Made by a program: the position numbers and the translations under genes. Shown here in pieces: positions 11,401 to 23,400 of a DNA stretch of 64,000 nucleotides. Source of the stretch: Raillietiella orientalis (taxonomy: Eukaryota); assembly GCA_036172245.1 (NCBI GenBank), contig JAYWIR010000003.1:124001-188000 (forward strand). The letters are read 5' to 3'. Each line of letters opens with the position of its first letter. The stretch's first letter is position 1. Under the pieces are notes generated by a model that worked only from the letters and a program-made list of their open reading frames with translations, made no database searches and was not told the origin of the DNA.

Positions 11401-14400
11401 TCTCGCGGGGTCCGGCACCAAGCCAGGGATAGCTCAGTGGGTGCGAAGAGGAAGAGGAGAGGTAACCGGGTCAGTCGCTAGGCGCGACCATCGCGTGGAG
11501 ACAGACCGCCAGCTCGCTCGCAGTTAAGGGACGCGACCCGCCGGAAGGCGGCGGCAGAGGCAACTCCGGCCACGCATCCGCGGCCTCGCAACCGGACCGA
11601 GATCTCAGGACACCTCTCCTAGCGGCGGAGGATCGTCGCGTCTCGCAGGCAGGTTGCCACGGGAAACCGGTCGGTGTTTCCTTTCTCCTCCTTCACTCGC
11701 ACTGCCCAGGGGCATGAGGCCCGGACTCCGCAGGGCGCAGAGGCAGAGAGGCGGCCGCCGGCGGGCTACCGGGAGGTCGTTGCTGTCGCCTGCACCTCCA
11801 ACACTGACCCGCGTACTCGGCCGAGATCCTCTACCCAAGAGGCACCTCCAAGAGACTCGCAGCTGCTTGCGTGCCAACACGACCCTCTCGCACTGGGTCG
11901 CTCTTCCCCACGGAGAGTCGGGTCAGGCCGCATAGCGGTAGCGCCGCCTGGGGAGGAGAAGAGGGGGTAGAGGGGTTGCCCGGACCAGTCAGCGGAGCGC
12001 GCGCGGCCCCTCGCGGTGCAGGGTGCTCAGAGCAGCGGCGGAGCCGTCTGAGCTCACGTTCCCTGGAGGAGACTTTCGGTCCCGCGCTCTTCCCAAGCTC
12101 CCGGGGAGTCCCTCCCAGACGCTTTCGGAGTTTCAGGGATCACCCGCGATACCGGGAGCTCTCGGATGGAGGAGTTTCCCCGTGGTCTTCCGCGCAAGCC
12201 TTTTCGACCTTTCTGGGCTATCTGGAACCCCCCGGAAGCCTCTTCGATTTCCTGGAATTTCTCGGGCCCTCCGAAGTTTCCCGAATTCCTCCCGGTGCTT
12301 CTGAATTACTCCGACCGGCCCCACGTCCTCTGGTGCTCCACCCTTTGATCCCAAGCGCGCATCCCGAATTCCTAGACAACGCTCTTCTAGTTCCCTGGAG
12401 TCTCCAGGGAATTCCTGGAAATTTCGAACTTTTGCGGGGCTCTCGGTCCCTTCTTGGTTTTCGGAGCAGCTTCGCATCTCTGGAATTTCTCGCACTCTTC
12501 CCATCTCCCCGACGTTCCCCGCATATTTCGCATTCCTTGAAATCCTCTTTTTTCCTTCCTGAAGCTTTTTTTTTTTTCCTGGTTTTCGACGGTTTCCTGG
12601 AATTCTCTGGATTTTCGATTCTCCAGAAATCTCCGGAAGTTATCTCCTGGATTTCCGGGATCCTCTTCAGGATGCGGAAGAGACCGCGATTCGTCCGGAC
12701 TTCCGGGATTTTCCATCGTTCCCGGAGTCGTTCTCTCGCCTCCCTCTGCGAGGTCGCCTCGAAAGGGAAAAGGGAGAAAGGGATCAAGGTGGTCGCGTCT
12801 TTCGCCCACGAGGGAGCATCCCCCGTGGAAACTGTTGCCCGGATCCTTCCTTTCCCCTTCTGGTTCCTACGCCCTCCCTTCTGGACACTTCCCGCAAGGA
12901 TACCCTCGTTCCTCATGGAAAATGTGGAAGGGAATCCCCAGACGGAGGGCGTGGGTTCCCCAATCCCTTGTGAACTGGGTCGCTCTCTGCCACGAAGCGT
13001 CGGGTGCCCAGTGGGTCGCGTCTCGGTAGCGCTGCCTGAGTGTGTGGGGTGGGGGGAGGTGCCAGGGTTCACCCAGGTACATCCTGGATGAAGGGATGCT
13101 GCTCCCGTGGTGAGACCTCCCGCCGGCACCTGGCCAGTCCAAGAGGGTGTGGGAGGAGAGAGTGGTCCTTGCGTGGGCGGAACACGGGGCCCGAAACTCC
13201 TGCCCGGGACAATCCAGAGGGATGGTTTCTGAGAGCTGCGTTGCCATGCGATGCTTGACATCTCCAAGGGACGCGCCGAATTCCCACTAGCCTCAGTCTG
13301 CGTCCCTGAGATGGATTCGTGAATGGAATTCCCACGGCCACCCGGCCCCGTGTCTCGTCTGGTTCCACCTCAAGCTCCTGGAACATCCCGCGCGAAAATT
13401 TTTCAGCCTAAAGGAAAATCCCAGACGCTCCGTCTACCTGCAACGTTCCCGGTGGGTCACTCTCGATTTCCGATCGGCTCTTCCCTCCCACCTCACCATT
13501 CTTCCTTGCTTTCCTTCCTCCCTTCCCACTGCGCACGTGCTACTCCGCAGTCTTCGGACCTGCCCTGGTTTCCCGTGAGTTTCTCTCCTCCGACCTCCCC
13601 CCGATTTCTTTCCCGATCTCTTCCGGAGAAAGAAAGAAGGAAGGAGGGGTGAACCTATCACATCTGCAGGCGAGTAGGGCGACGTGCTCACTGGGGACTT
13701 GAGGGCGAACCGTCTGTTTGATTTCATCCTCAGAGGCAGCGCTCTTTGCTCGGTATCTTCCAGATGACACTCAGCCGCAGAGGAGAGAACGAGGGGTCTC
13801 CGATTCGAGTTTCCGGCATCGGAAGGAAGGAGGAGGAGGAGAAGAAAGAGGAAGAAAGGAAGAGAGAAAGAGAAGAGGAGGAGGTGAAAAGAGACACCGA
13901 GGAACAATTCGCAAGGCAGAGGACGGACAGCACCTCCCATCGTGGGCTGCTTCCGGCAGCGGCCGCGGCGGGACTTACCGCAGCCGTCTTGTCGGCGTGG
14001 TTCCGGGCGGCAAGGATGAAACACGCCTGAGCTTCGTTCATCCTCGCCCTCTGCAGGTCGCTGTCCTTCAGGCAGGAACCTTGTATGTAAATGACTCTTT
14101 GGGCCCAGATGGGAATCTGCAAGATCATCCTCATGGTGCCGTCCAGCTCCATGGGGGAAAGAAGGACAACGTAAAAATCCTGCAAAGAAGAGTCTTCAGA
14201 AGTCGGGCCACGTGCGCAGCCAACCGGGAAGCGAGGCCGCTGCTGAGTGCCGAGGCAGAATCCCGCGCGCACGCGGGAGTCCCTCTACAGCGCAGGCGCA
14301 GGAGCTGCATGCAGTGGAGCGAGGTTCCCATGGGCACGAGGTCTCGGTGGGAAGATCCCGAGCTCGGAACGGTGGGGTTCTGCGGTCCCCGTCACCGCAG

Positions 14401-17400
14401 AAGGGGCGAAAAGGGGAGGTGGTGGAAAGGTGTGATCGAGGCCGGCTGCGCGACGAACCCGGGTTGCCCCGAGACGCACCAGGAATCCCAACATCCCCGG
14501 TGGAGGCAGCCACAAGCTCCGGGAGATCCACGTGGGGTCTGGCCACGTGGGGTTTTAGCGAACACCGATCCTCTCCCTCTTTCCCATTATAGAGGAGGAG
14601 GGATAAATCTCCCCTCTCTTTTTACCCCTCCCCCCCCACTCCCTCTCATCCCTTCCCTCCCCTTCGAGAAAAGGAAAAAGAAAGAAAAAATGCTGCCGAT
14701 TGCAGGAGATGAGGGGGGAAGGTGCTGACATGTGTAGGAACTCCTGCGAGACCGGGAACGGATGGGGGATAAAACGGCGCGATCGACGTTCCTTCCCTTC
14801 TCGGATTTGCCGCCGTTCCATCAAACTCCCGTTATGCGGAGCGCTCCCGCGACTCTGGGAAGGCATGTCGGTTATTGGGAAGCCATCCCTCTGCCCCGCG
14901 AGCTTCTTCCCCTGGGAAGCTCCCGCTCCTCCCTCGCAGCACGAAAAGGCCGCGTGCTCGGGCGACGCGCGCCAAAGAACCAGAGTTGGCACCCGTCGCC
15001 CAGACCCGGCCGCGCTCGAAGCCGCCAAAACTCCCGAGGGAGAGGGGCTCCTTCTTCCTGCTTTCCCCATCCAGCAGGATGTGCACTCTCTCGAGAGCCC
15101 CTACTTGGTCCACTTAGAGTATTTCCGGAAAGAGGGTGTCGCAGGACTCCCTGACGCCTTGCTCAGCCACCACCTGCTGGACGCGCGTCATCCCAATCCC
15201 CACTTTCTGCAGATTCGGCGTGGGGAGGGGAGGCCTTCGAGCTTCCGAACGCATCCAAGTGGCTATGGAGAGAGAGCTTTCTTTCCCTATGCCATCCCTT
15301 ACCCAGCACGGGACCCCTGCCTGCGGCGCGAGGGCGGAGAGTCGGTTGAAGGGAAGGCGCGACTCCGGGAAGCGAAGGGGTCGAGATGTTTTGCAACCGG
15401 CGAGGTCTCTGAAGCCTCTGCCTTCCAGAGAGATTTCCCTTTTTTTGCCTCGCCTCTCCCAGGATCCTCGATTCCCCTTCCTTGGAAACCTCCGTGGTTT
15501 TCTCTCGAAAGATGGCACGGAATTTCTTCAGGCATCGGAAACTGCGCAGTGATGGAAGAATCCGCAGTCGCCCTCGATGGATCCTTCCTCTCCGGACCGA
15601 TTTTGGGAACGGACGGGTCCCGAAAAGCGGTGATCCTGCCGACACGGCTTGGGTCGGGGGAGGCACCAAGCTTCTTAAGAGAGGGCTCGTGCGAGATTGA
15701 CCCGGACGGTTCTGCGGCGGCGTCATCTGCGCATGCGTCGTGTCCGGGAGGAAATTCCGGTTTCCCTGAAGTCCTCCGTGGACCAGGCGTCGAAGGTTTC
15801 TTGGCGCCCGCCAAGAGGAGTAAGCAGAGTCCACAAAGGCGGAGAGAAAAAGGGTAAGAATCCCTCGTGCCGTAAAGCAGGCTGCCGGGGTCTCCTCCCT
15901 GGATCCCCATCTGCATCAGGAAAATGCAGAAAAAAACTGTCCTGACGGATCGCTTTTCTCCCAAAGAGAATCGCATTCGCCCCTCGGGAGGTTCGGCTGC
16001 AAGAATGCGGGGCGAGTGGTCCGTCAGCGGACCTCAGTGGACCTGCTGTATGCACGGTTCATGTCGTCCTGCAAGAATCCTTCTGCGTCTCCGTCCGTCT
16101 TCCGGGGAAGCAGGGGATTCCTGTCGCCTCTTTTACAAGATACACTAGCCTTGCTCGAGGAGAAACTGAGGACTTTGCTGTCCCTGTCCCTAGGAGGAAA
16201 ACACGAAATACCTCTTCTTCTTCCTCCCTTCATCTTCCTCCACCTTCTTCTCCTTTCTTATTTCTTCTTCCCCCCTTTCTCTTCCATTTTTCCTCCTCTT
16301 CCTCTTTCTCCTTCGCCAACCATCACGGGATTCCATATCGGCGCATCAGGAAGGCGCATCTCGGCGCGGAAAGCCTAGGGGTACAACCTGAAGAGGCACG
16401 CCAGCCACGACGTCTTGAGGGAAGGAGGACAGATGCCCCCGCGTTGGCGGCAGCGCGGCTGTGACCTCCGCGCGAGGTTCAAATCCCACCCGGAGAAGAT
16501 TCGACGCCGTTAATGGGGTGGACGATGCGTCATGGGTTTCGAGTCCGTGCTGTGGAATGTCGAATACCGCGTCCCGTCCGCCACAATACAGTCGAGGCAG
16601 GAACCACACCATCCCTGGCGGCGGGCGCGCCCGAAACTCGAAGCAAGAATGCAGTGATCGTCCAAAGAGTACGCAAATCGGAAGGGAAGGACGCACCCGG
16701 GCGGTCCGGAAGCTGGGACGCTCCGAGATGAGCGTAGGAAAGAGAGAAAGGGGGAAGGAGAGAGAAGGATTGCAGATTCCTGAGAAGGGCTTTTCCTCCC
16801 AAGACTGTTCCAGACCGGAATGGCACCACCGCCTCCTCCGGATTCGTTCCTGGTCAACCGCACCCTTCTCCCAGCGGGATCGATCGCAGAGAATCTTCGA
16901 GGGAGAAGGATGTGGGGGGGGGGGGTAGGAAGCGCGGAGAACGAGGGGATTTCTCGTTTGACAGCTCCAGCAGCCCATCCACAGGAACGGGGTGGGCCAG
17001 CCTGAAGAAACCGAGAATCGCTGAGGGGTCGGAGAGGGACGAGTGTACCGCTGATTTCTCGGCCTCGCGGGGAGCGAAGGGCTCTTGGGCAACGGATCGT
17101 GGGATTAATCGACTTCCTGCAGGAAAACCCTTGAAAGATTCCCCGAATTGTTTTTATCTTTTTTTTTTTTTGCAAGAGGGAGAGGCGGTACTCCTGCAAA
17201 GAAAGAAAAAAATAATAAAGATAGAAACGCGCGCGCACACCCCTTCCCGTGCACCTAAGAGGGCCGCCGCTCTTTCAGCAACCCCGTGATTAGCCCTGAT
17301 TTGCTAATCTGCTCCCGGGAACGTAGCAGGGAGGTTTCCTCGCTCGCTCCAAATTCCCTTGCAGGAGCCAGCAGCTCTGAGGTCTATAATTTGTCTTCTC

Positions 17401-20400
17401 CCGACCGTTTCCATGAGAACCGCGGAGCAGAGTCTCGGAGCATGCGATCGTGCGATCCGTTACGCACAAAACAGCGGGTTCCTCGGGAACGGAATAGGAC
17501 GTCTCTTTCGGGATGCCCGGCAGTCACGCACGCAAGCGTGCACCCCGCGAGCGATCGCAGATCTCCCGAAGGACCGCGCGCCGCCCCCGGCGCCACGCGG
17601 GAGGCGATCTAGCGGCTCCCGGAGGGCCGAAGGGCAGCTTTCCTCCAGCGCTCGGGAGGGCTAGGAACGAGTAACCCCACGATCGTTCCGAGGAGGCCGT
17701 TGCTCCGACCCAGGCGCGGCTGGGGCGCTCTTGCAGGAGCCTCCCTTGGCCTTGGCTCCTCGCTGCCGGGTCGATCGCTACGAGGTCCGGAGACCGGAGG
17801 TGGTCTGAAGGTGAGCGATTCGCCACCTTCCACCCCACCAACACCACTCGCCCGCCCTTGGCATCCCGACGCCGGAGTCCATGGAGATTCAACTTCATTC
17901 CAAGAGATCAGCCTTGTTGACCAAGCATTGGACAATCCGCCGGGTGCCTCCCAGCACGTCCGCCCATGCGGTAAGAGGCAGGGTGCGAAGGACTGGAAGT
18001 CCTGCTTTCGCGCAGCCGCCGGCGCCTGGCCCCCTATTAAAAAACCGTTCGCCTCTATAGGAAGGGGAGGGGGGAAGGAGGGGGGCTCACGAAGCTCTTT
18101 TCCACCATCTTTCACGCCACCACAAGGTGCGTGTGGCTCTTCAAGTGACCCTTGAGGGAACACCCTATGAATCCAGGAAGGTTCCAGAGAAAGGGGTCCG
18201 TTTCTCCTATGCTCAGGAGGAAACCTTCTCCCTAGTTGGCTCTGGAGAGAACCTCGAAGGGAACCTCTTCCTTGTTCTCTTCGGAAGGGCATCCCGGAGC
18301 GGGTCACTGCTTGTTTCTTCTCCGGAGGGTCCCCTGGCAAGGGAACCGCTCCCTGCTTCTTCCTCCTCTGAAGAGAACCCCGAAGGGAGCAGCGCACTTT
18401 TTGCACTCTGGAGAGTCAAACCCCTGAGGAAGGTATCAACCAGCCCCATAGATCGGCTCCATTTTTCCAACCAGAGGGCAACCCAGAAGGGCTCCTCGAT
18501 TCCTGGAAAGACCCCGGACGGTCAACTTCCGAATCCCGGCCAGTCAACAGGGGAAATCTGGAGATTGCCAGCTTCTAACTGCACCGCACCGTAACGTAGG
18601 CCAGCCAGAGTCACCTTGACGAAGCACCCCCATTTCTCTGGCGCCAGCGCTTTTCCAGGCGGGATTCGAACCCGTGACGCTAGGTGCTTCGTGCGGCTGC
18701 CGACGCGGGCAAGCGACCACTCCCATGAGAGTTTACCACTGGACCCCTTGCGACCATAAGGACACCACTCCTGGTGGAAGGAGGCAGTGAGAACCGAGGG
18801 CCACGATGACGAGTCCCGCGAGTGAAGTCACGAAGTGCCGGCAATGCCACCAGAACATCGGAAGGACCGCGGAGGAGGTTCATGGGGGCGAGCTGGGATG
18901 GTCGACCCACCTGACATACCGCTTCTTTCGCCCTTAGCAAAGTGGTGATTCCTCCACTTTCGGCGGGGTCCACGGCACCTCCCTACCCGTGAGATGAGCG
19001 GTTTCCTGCGTGACCTCGGGCAGCAGGAAAACCTCTTGGTGGCTGGACCTCAACAACCTTGACCCCTCCCAGAGGAACTTGTTCTCTGCGGTTAACTCTT
19101 CAAGGTCCCACCTTAAGGGCTCATCGGAGTCCCTTGAATTCGCCCCCGGTGATCTCGAAAGAACTCGTCCCTCCTCCTCCCCCCCAGGATGGCAGCAGTC
19201 GATGCCGCTGACGTTGTGTCGGGCGCTCCGCCGCCACCGGACGAAGGGGAAAATCAGTCCCAACTGCGCCACCCCCTCCCCCTCTCCCGGTCTGCTGGTG
19301 ACACATGTTGCCCTGAGGGCATTATGAAAAAAACGCTTCTCCTCCCCTTCCCACTGTTGACAACTCTGAGAGCTGCTCGAGGAACCTCTTAGTGTGGGGT
19401 GTCCACTCGCCAGCTACTCCCGTCATAGCGCCGTGCTGCGCCACACAGCGCCAGGAATGACGCCGAGAGGGGACGGTTTGACAGGGGAGCCACATCTCTC
19501 TTCGGCATCCGGTTCTTGCGGATCGCGGAGAGGTGCTGCCACCCGCCAGTATACCAAGAGGAGCCTCCTCTGCCTCCTGCAAAGGATGCAGGGGACCGTG
19601 AGATCCCCTCTCCCCTCCCAGCCCCACCGTGCTGCCGTGGACCTCGTTGATGCCGTCGATCGCGCTTAGCCCTTCCGGAAGTCCCGAGAGAGAAGACATC
19701 CCCGGGGGTTCCTGGAAGTCTACGCACGCCAAGAACCGGTAGCCGCTGCCACGACCAGAGCCCCTTCGAGCGCCGAAGCGCCAAGGTGCGGAGGAGTGAG
19801 GTGTTTCCGACGCGGGGACGTACCTGCAGCAGGGGGTGAGCGTAGAACTCGTTCAGGAAGTCCATGATGGTGTCTGCCTGCACGGCGGTGCTGCACACCA
19901 CCACGTGCTTCTCGTTGTGCGCCCTCAGGGAAGAGTAGCTCCCGCCCAGCTTCTGTCTCTGCATCCACGAATACGCCAGCTGCTCAAACTGAGGGAACGC
20001 GGAGGGGGAGGGGTCAGTGAGTTCGCAGGAAGCTACCTGGGTCGGCATGACAGTCAGCACGACGCAGATCATGATGAAGATATACAGTTGGCTCGGCCAG
20101 ATGTCGGGCACGAAGTCCCCATAGCCCACGGTGGAGAAGGTCACGATGACGAAGTACGTCGACTGGAACATGTTCAGCTTCCTGTGACCTGCCCTTTGAA
20201 AGTGCTGGATGCCGCAGGCACTTCCACGAAGAAAGAGGAAAAAGATACACGCGTTAAGCACGCAGGAAATCCCACCCACGGGCGGGTGGGTCTTCCTTTC
20301 GGAGGGATGAAAGTGCCCTCTGTCGCCCAGCCACGGCTCCTAGAAGACCCTGCGAGCCAGGAATGGGGGAGAAGAGTAAGGGGGAGAAGAAGGGACAGCG

Positions 20401-23400
20401 CAGGGAACGGAGGAGGAGGTCGAGAAGGATACTAACCCCTCCTTCTTCTGGAGGGGATTTCCAGGGAGAGACGAAACCAAACCTAGAAGAAGGAAGCAGG
20501 GAGAGGAAAATACCGGAAGAAAGAAGAACAGAGACGAGAGGGTAAGGGGGAGAGGGTGCCAGTTTCTCGGTGAGAAGCAGAGCCTGAGGAGATTTTCTCA
20601 CATCCGGGAGGCTGGAAGGGGAAGAGAAGGAGCTGCGCAGGCGAGGACCTCCGAGCGCAATGGGGAGGCGGTATTTTTTCCCTCGCTCGTTGGTCTTCGG
20701 CAGGAAGAGGGCGCCTCTCCTCCTCATCCCCTGCATTACCTGGTGAACACCAGGCACAGGAGCGTCACGGACAGCTTCATGATTTGCTGGGACAAGGCGG
20801 ACTGCGACCTCTGCATGGCTCGGTGCAGGTCGTTCTGAGTGGAGGAGTGGCAGCGGCACCAGACTCGAGCGTTCGCCCCCGAGGCTACTTACGAACATGT
20901 TGTCCAGAGCCTGCTTGGCTAGCCAGCAGTTGAGGAACACGGGCACGAACATGTTCTTCAGTGGAGACCAGAGAAGCTGGAAGGGAAGACACGCGTGGGT
21001 GAGGCGGGAAGAAGGAGTAAAGGAAGGCCGTCCGCAGGGGTCCCGCGACAAGGCTGGGCCAAGTGCAGTGCGAGCGACCCACCTCCATACACGCCGAGGA
21101 TCTCCGAGGGAGGCGGAAGGAAGGAGGAGGAGGAAGAGGAAGGGAGGGTCACAGGGAGAATGCGGACAGAGAAGCACCGTGCCAATTCGAGGAGGAACAA
21201 GAAGGCGATGACGGCGAGGGTGCTCGCACCTGTAACGAGGTGGTAAATGGGGTGGACAGAGGGGAGAGCGCCACCACCACGAGGGCTCAACCAGTCTCCA
21301 GCGCAGTCTTGCTGCCGCGGCGCGTCCGCTACCCTTCCTTCCTTCGTGCCAACCCCGCCTGAGAATAGCGGACAATCATCCCGTAAACTGAGCTGTTGAA
21401 CTGTTCCATTAGGAAGGGCGGAAGCAAGGGAGGGGGGGGGGGAGGGAAAGCAGATGTGGTTGCCGGCACCGTCGTCGCGTGCGAGTCGCAAGCTGACCAT
21501 CTCCGCCGTCTCCGTCCTTCTCCCCTCATTCTTCCCTCCCCCTCTCCTTTTCCCTCCTGGTGGTCCCACGAGATCCCACAGCCGTGTTGACTCGGGGGAC
21601 ACCTTCCAAGAGGACTCCGGCTGCCGAAGGCGGGTGGCCGGCGTCAGCTTGAGTGTATATGGATTACGGAATCCATCCCGTCGTTCTCTGCCAACTCTCG
21701 GTTCCCTGAGGCTGGAATGCGGGACCATTCCCGGTCGTGAGGAACGAGGCTGGTTGTCCCCGACTGCAGTTGGGAGGGAGCGGCCAGCCAGGGAACGCAA
21801 TCTTCCCCGGCCGGCGGCGCCGTCCAGCGGGAATCGTCCGGCTACCGGCCAGCCGTCGCGCCGACGGTGCTTCGATGACGTCACCGGAAGGGCACGCTCC
21901 TGAATAGGTCGCCTCCTCCGACGCCTGCTGCAGGATGCGAGGCCTCTCCTTTCCGCGTTCGGGGAGTCAACCCGATCGACCGAAGTCAGCAGCCACTCCA
22001 GCCCGCACCTGCTCTGCTCTTTGCATCGCGACCCGGTCGCCAAGAAGAGCTCACGAAGGTGGACGCAGAAATGTGCAAATCGTCCTGGCGAACCGCCGGC
22101 CGTGACGGCAAGTCTCACTCGGCGAGGTCGGAAGATCACTTGACCGGTCAATCCCTCCCTCGTTCGACGGCGGCGCCCCACGTCGCTATCGAAACGAACC
22201 GGGGCTCGCTCTTGGGGCTCTCACGGAGGAGGAGGAGGGAGAGTAGAGAGGGGTCGCAACCGCATCGTGTCTCTCCGCCCTCCTCCGCTCCACCCCGCCT
22301 TCCGGAAAACCTGGGAAAGGTCACGGTGCGAGAAAACGGATGGGACATCTTCGTTCCTCGCGAGGGAGCGCAGAGGTGGCTTCCGGAGGCAAGCCATCAC
22401 TGCACCTCGGCACTCGAGGCCACCTCCGTCTCTGCAGGCGCCTGCGGCGACCAAGGCGACCTCCCGTGCCGACTTCTGACTTCGTCGCGAGAGTGAAAGA
22501 TTCCCGTCCTGCTACTGAGAGGAGGTTCTCCTCTGGCTCCCGACCTTGGGGATAAGGAATGGTCGAGGGATCTCCCCTTTGTCTGCGAAGCTTCCGAGGG
22601 CCGTGGGTCTCCAGTCCTCCCGACCGCGCGGCGATCCTGAGAGGCCGATCGGTGGGAGATCACCCCCCTCCCTCCCTCCCTCCTCTCGCAACGATCTTCT
22701 CCTCCGCCCCTGCTCTGCAGGAGGGCTTCAAGGACGCAGCCGATCGGTCCCGGCGCAAGCTCGGGAGGGCTTTTTCCTCGGGTGCTGCCCTCCTGGAACT
22801 CTGGGAGGAGGCAGGGGACCCGCCGGCGCTCTCCCACCGGGGCCAGCAGCACCCTACGAGGGGTCAGGAAGGGAGTCACCGCGGTCAGCAAGGGATGGAT
22901 CCTGCCTCCCAGCCCCGCCTTTCCAGGAGGGTCCGCCTGTCGCACTCGCGCCATGAGGGAGAGGGATGGGGCGGCTCCGGGCCTGCCAAGAGGCACGTCG
23001 CCCGCGCGGAAGGCGGGCAGCAGATCGGGAAGACGCTGCGAGGGGTGCGCGTCCCTCCCTGAGGGAGGTCCTGCTTTGACCGGTGACCAGGGAGCTTCCG
23101 GAGAGGGACCGCTGCAGCAGGGCGGAAAGAAACGTCGGTCGATGCCCTCTCGGTCGCTGTCCGCGTCTTTGCCCCGCCTCCTCCCTCCAAGGGAGGGTAG
23201 CTGCAGAGGCCTTTCGCCCCGGAAGACGGATCCGCGCGCCGCAGCAGCTGCGCAGGTGCTCGGCCTCAGTGGCCCGCACTCCCTTCCCGTCCTCCCGAGG
23301 AGCCTCGCAATCCCGCGGCCTAACCGAGATGCTGGGCCGAGTCGTTCCAGGAGCGGTTCGCGCGATGCCGGACGCTCCTCCTGCCTCCGGGTGCGGAGCG

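Noticed and set aside
11422..11445. tRNA-like 5' end GCCAGGGATAGCTCAGTGGG
   Set aside because: No B-box or cloverleaf follows; at most a SINE remnant
12860..13400. Possible non-LTR zinc-knuckle remnant ([14 protein letters not shown])
   Set aside because: A single weak motif with key cysteines missing
22860..23060. Faint pogo/Tigger-like peptides in the repeat (AVSKGW.., ADREDAA..)
   Set aside because: Too short and in inconsistent frames to support a call
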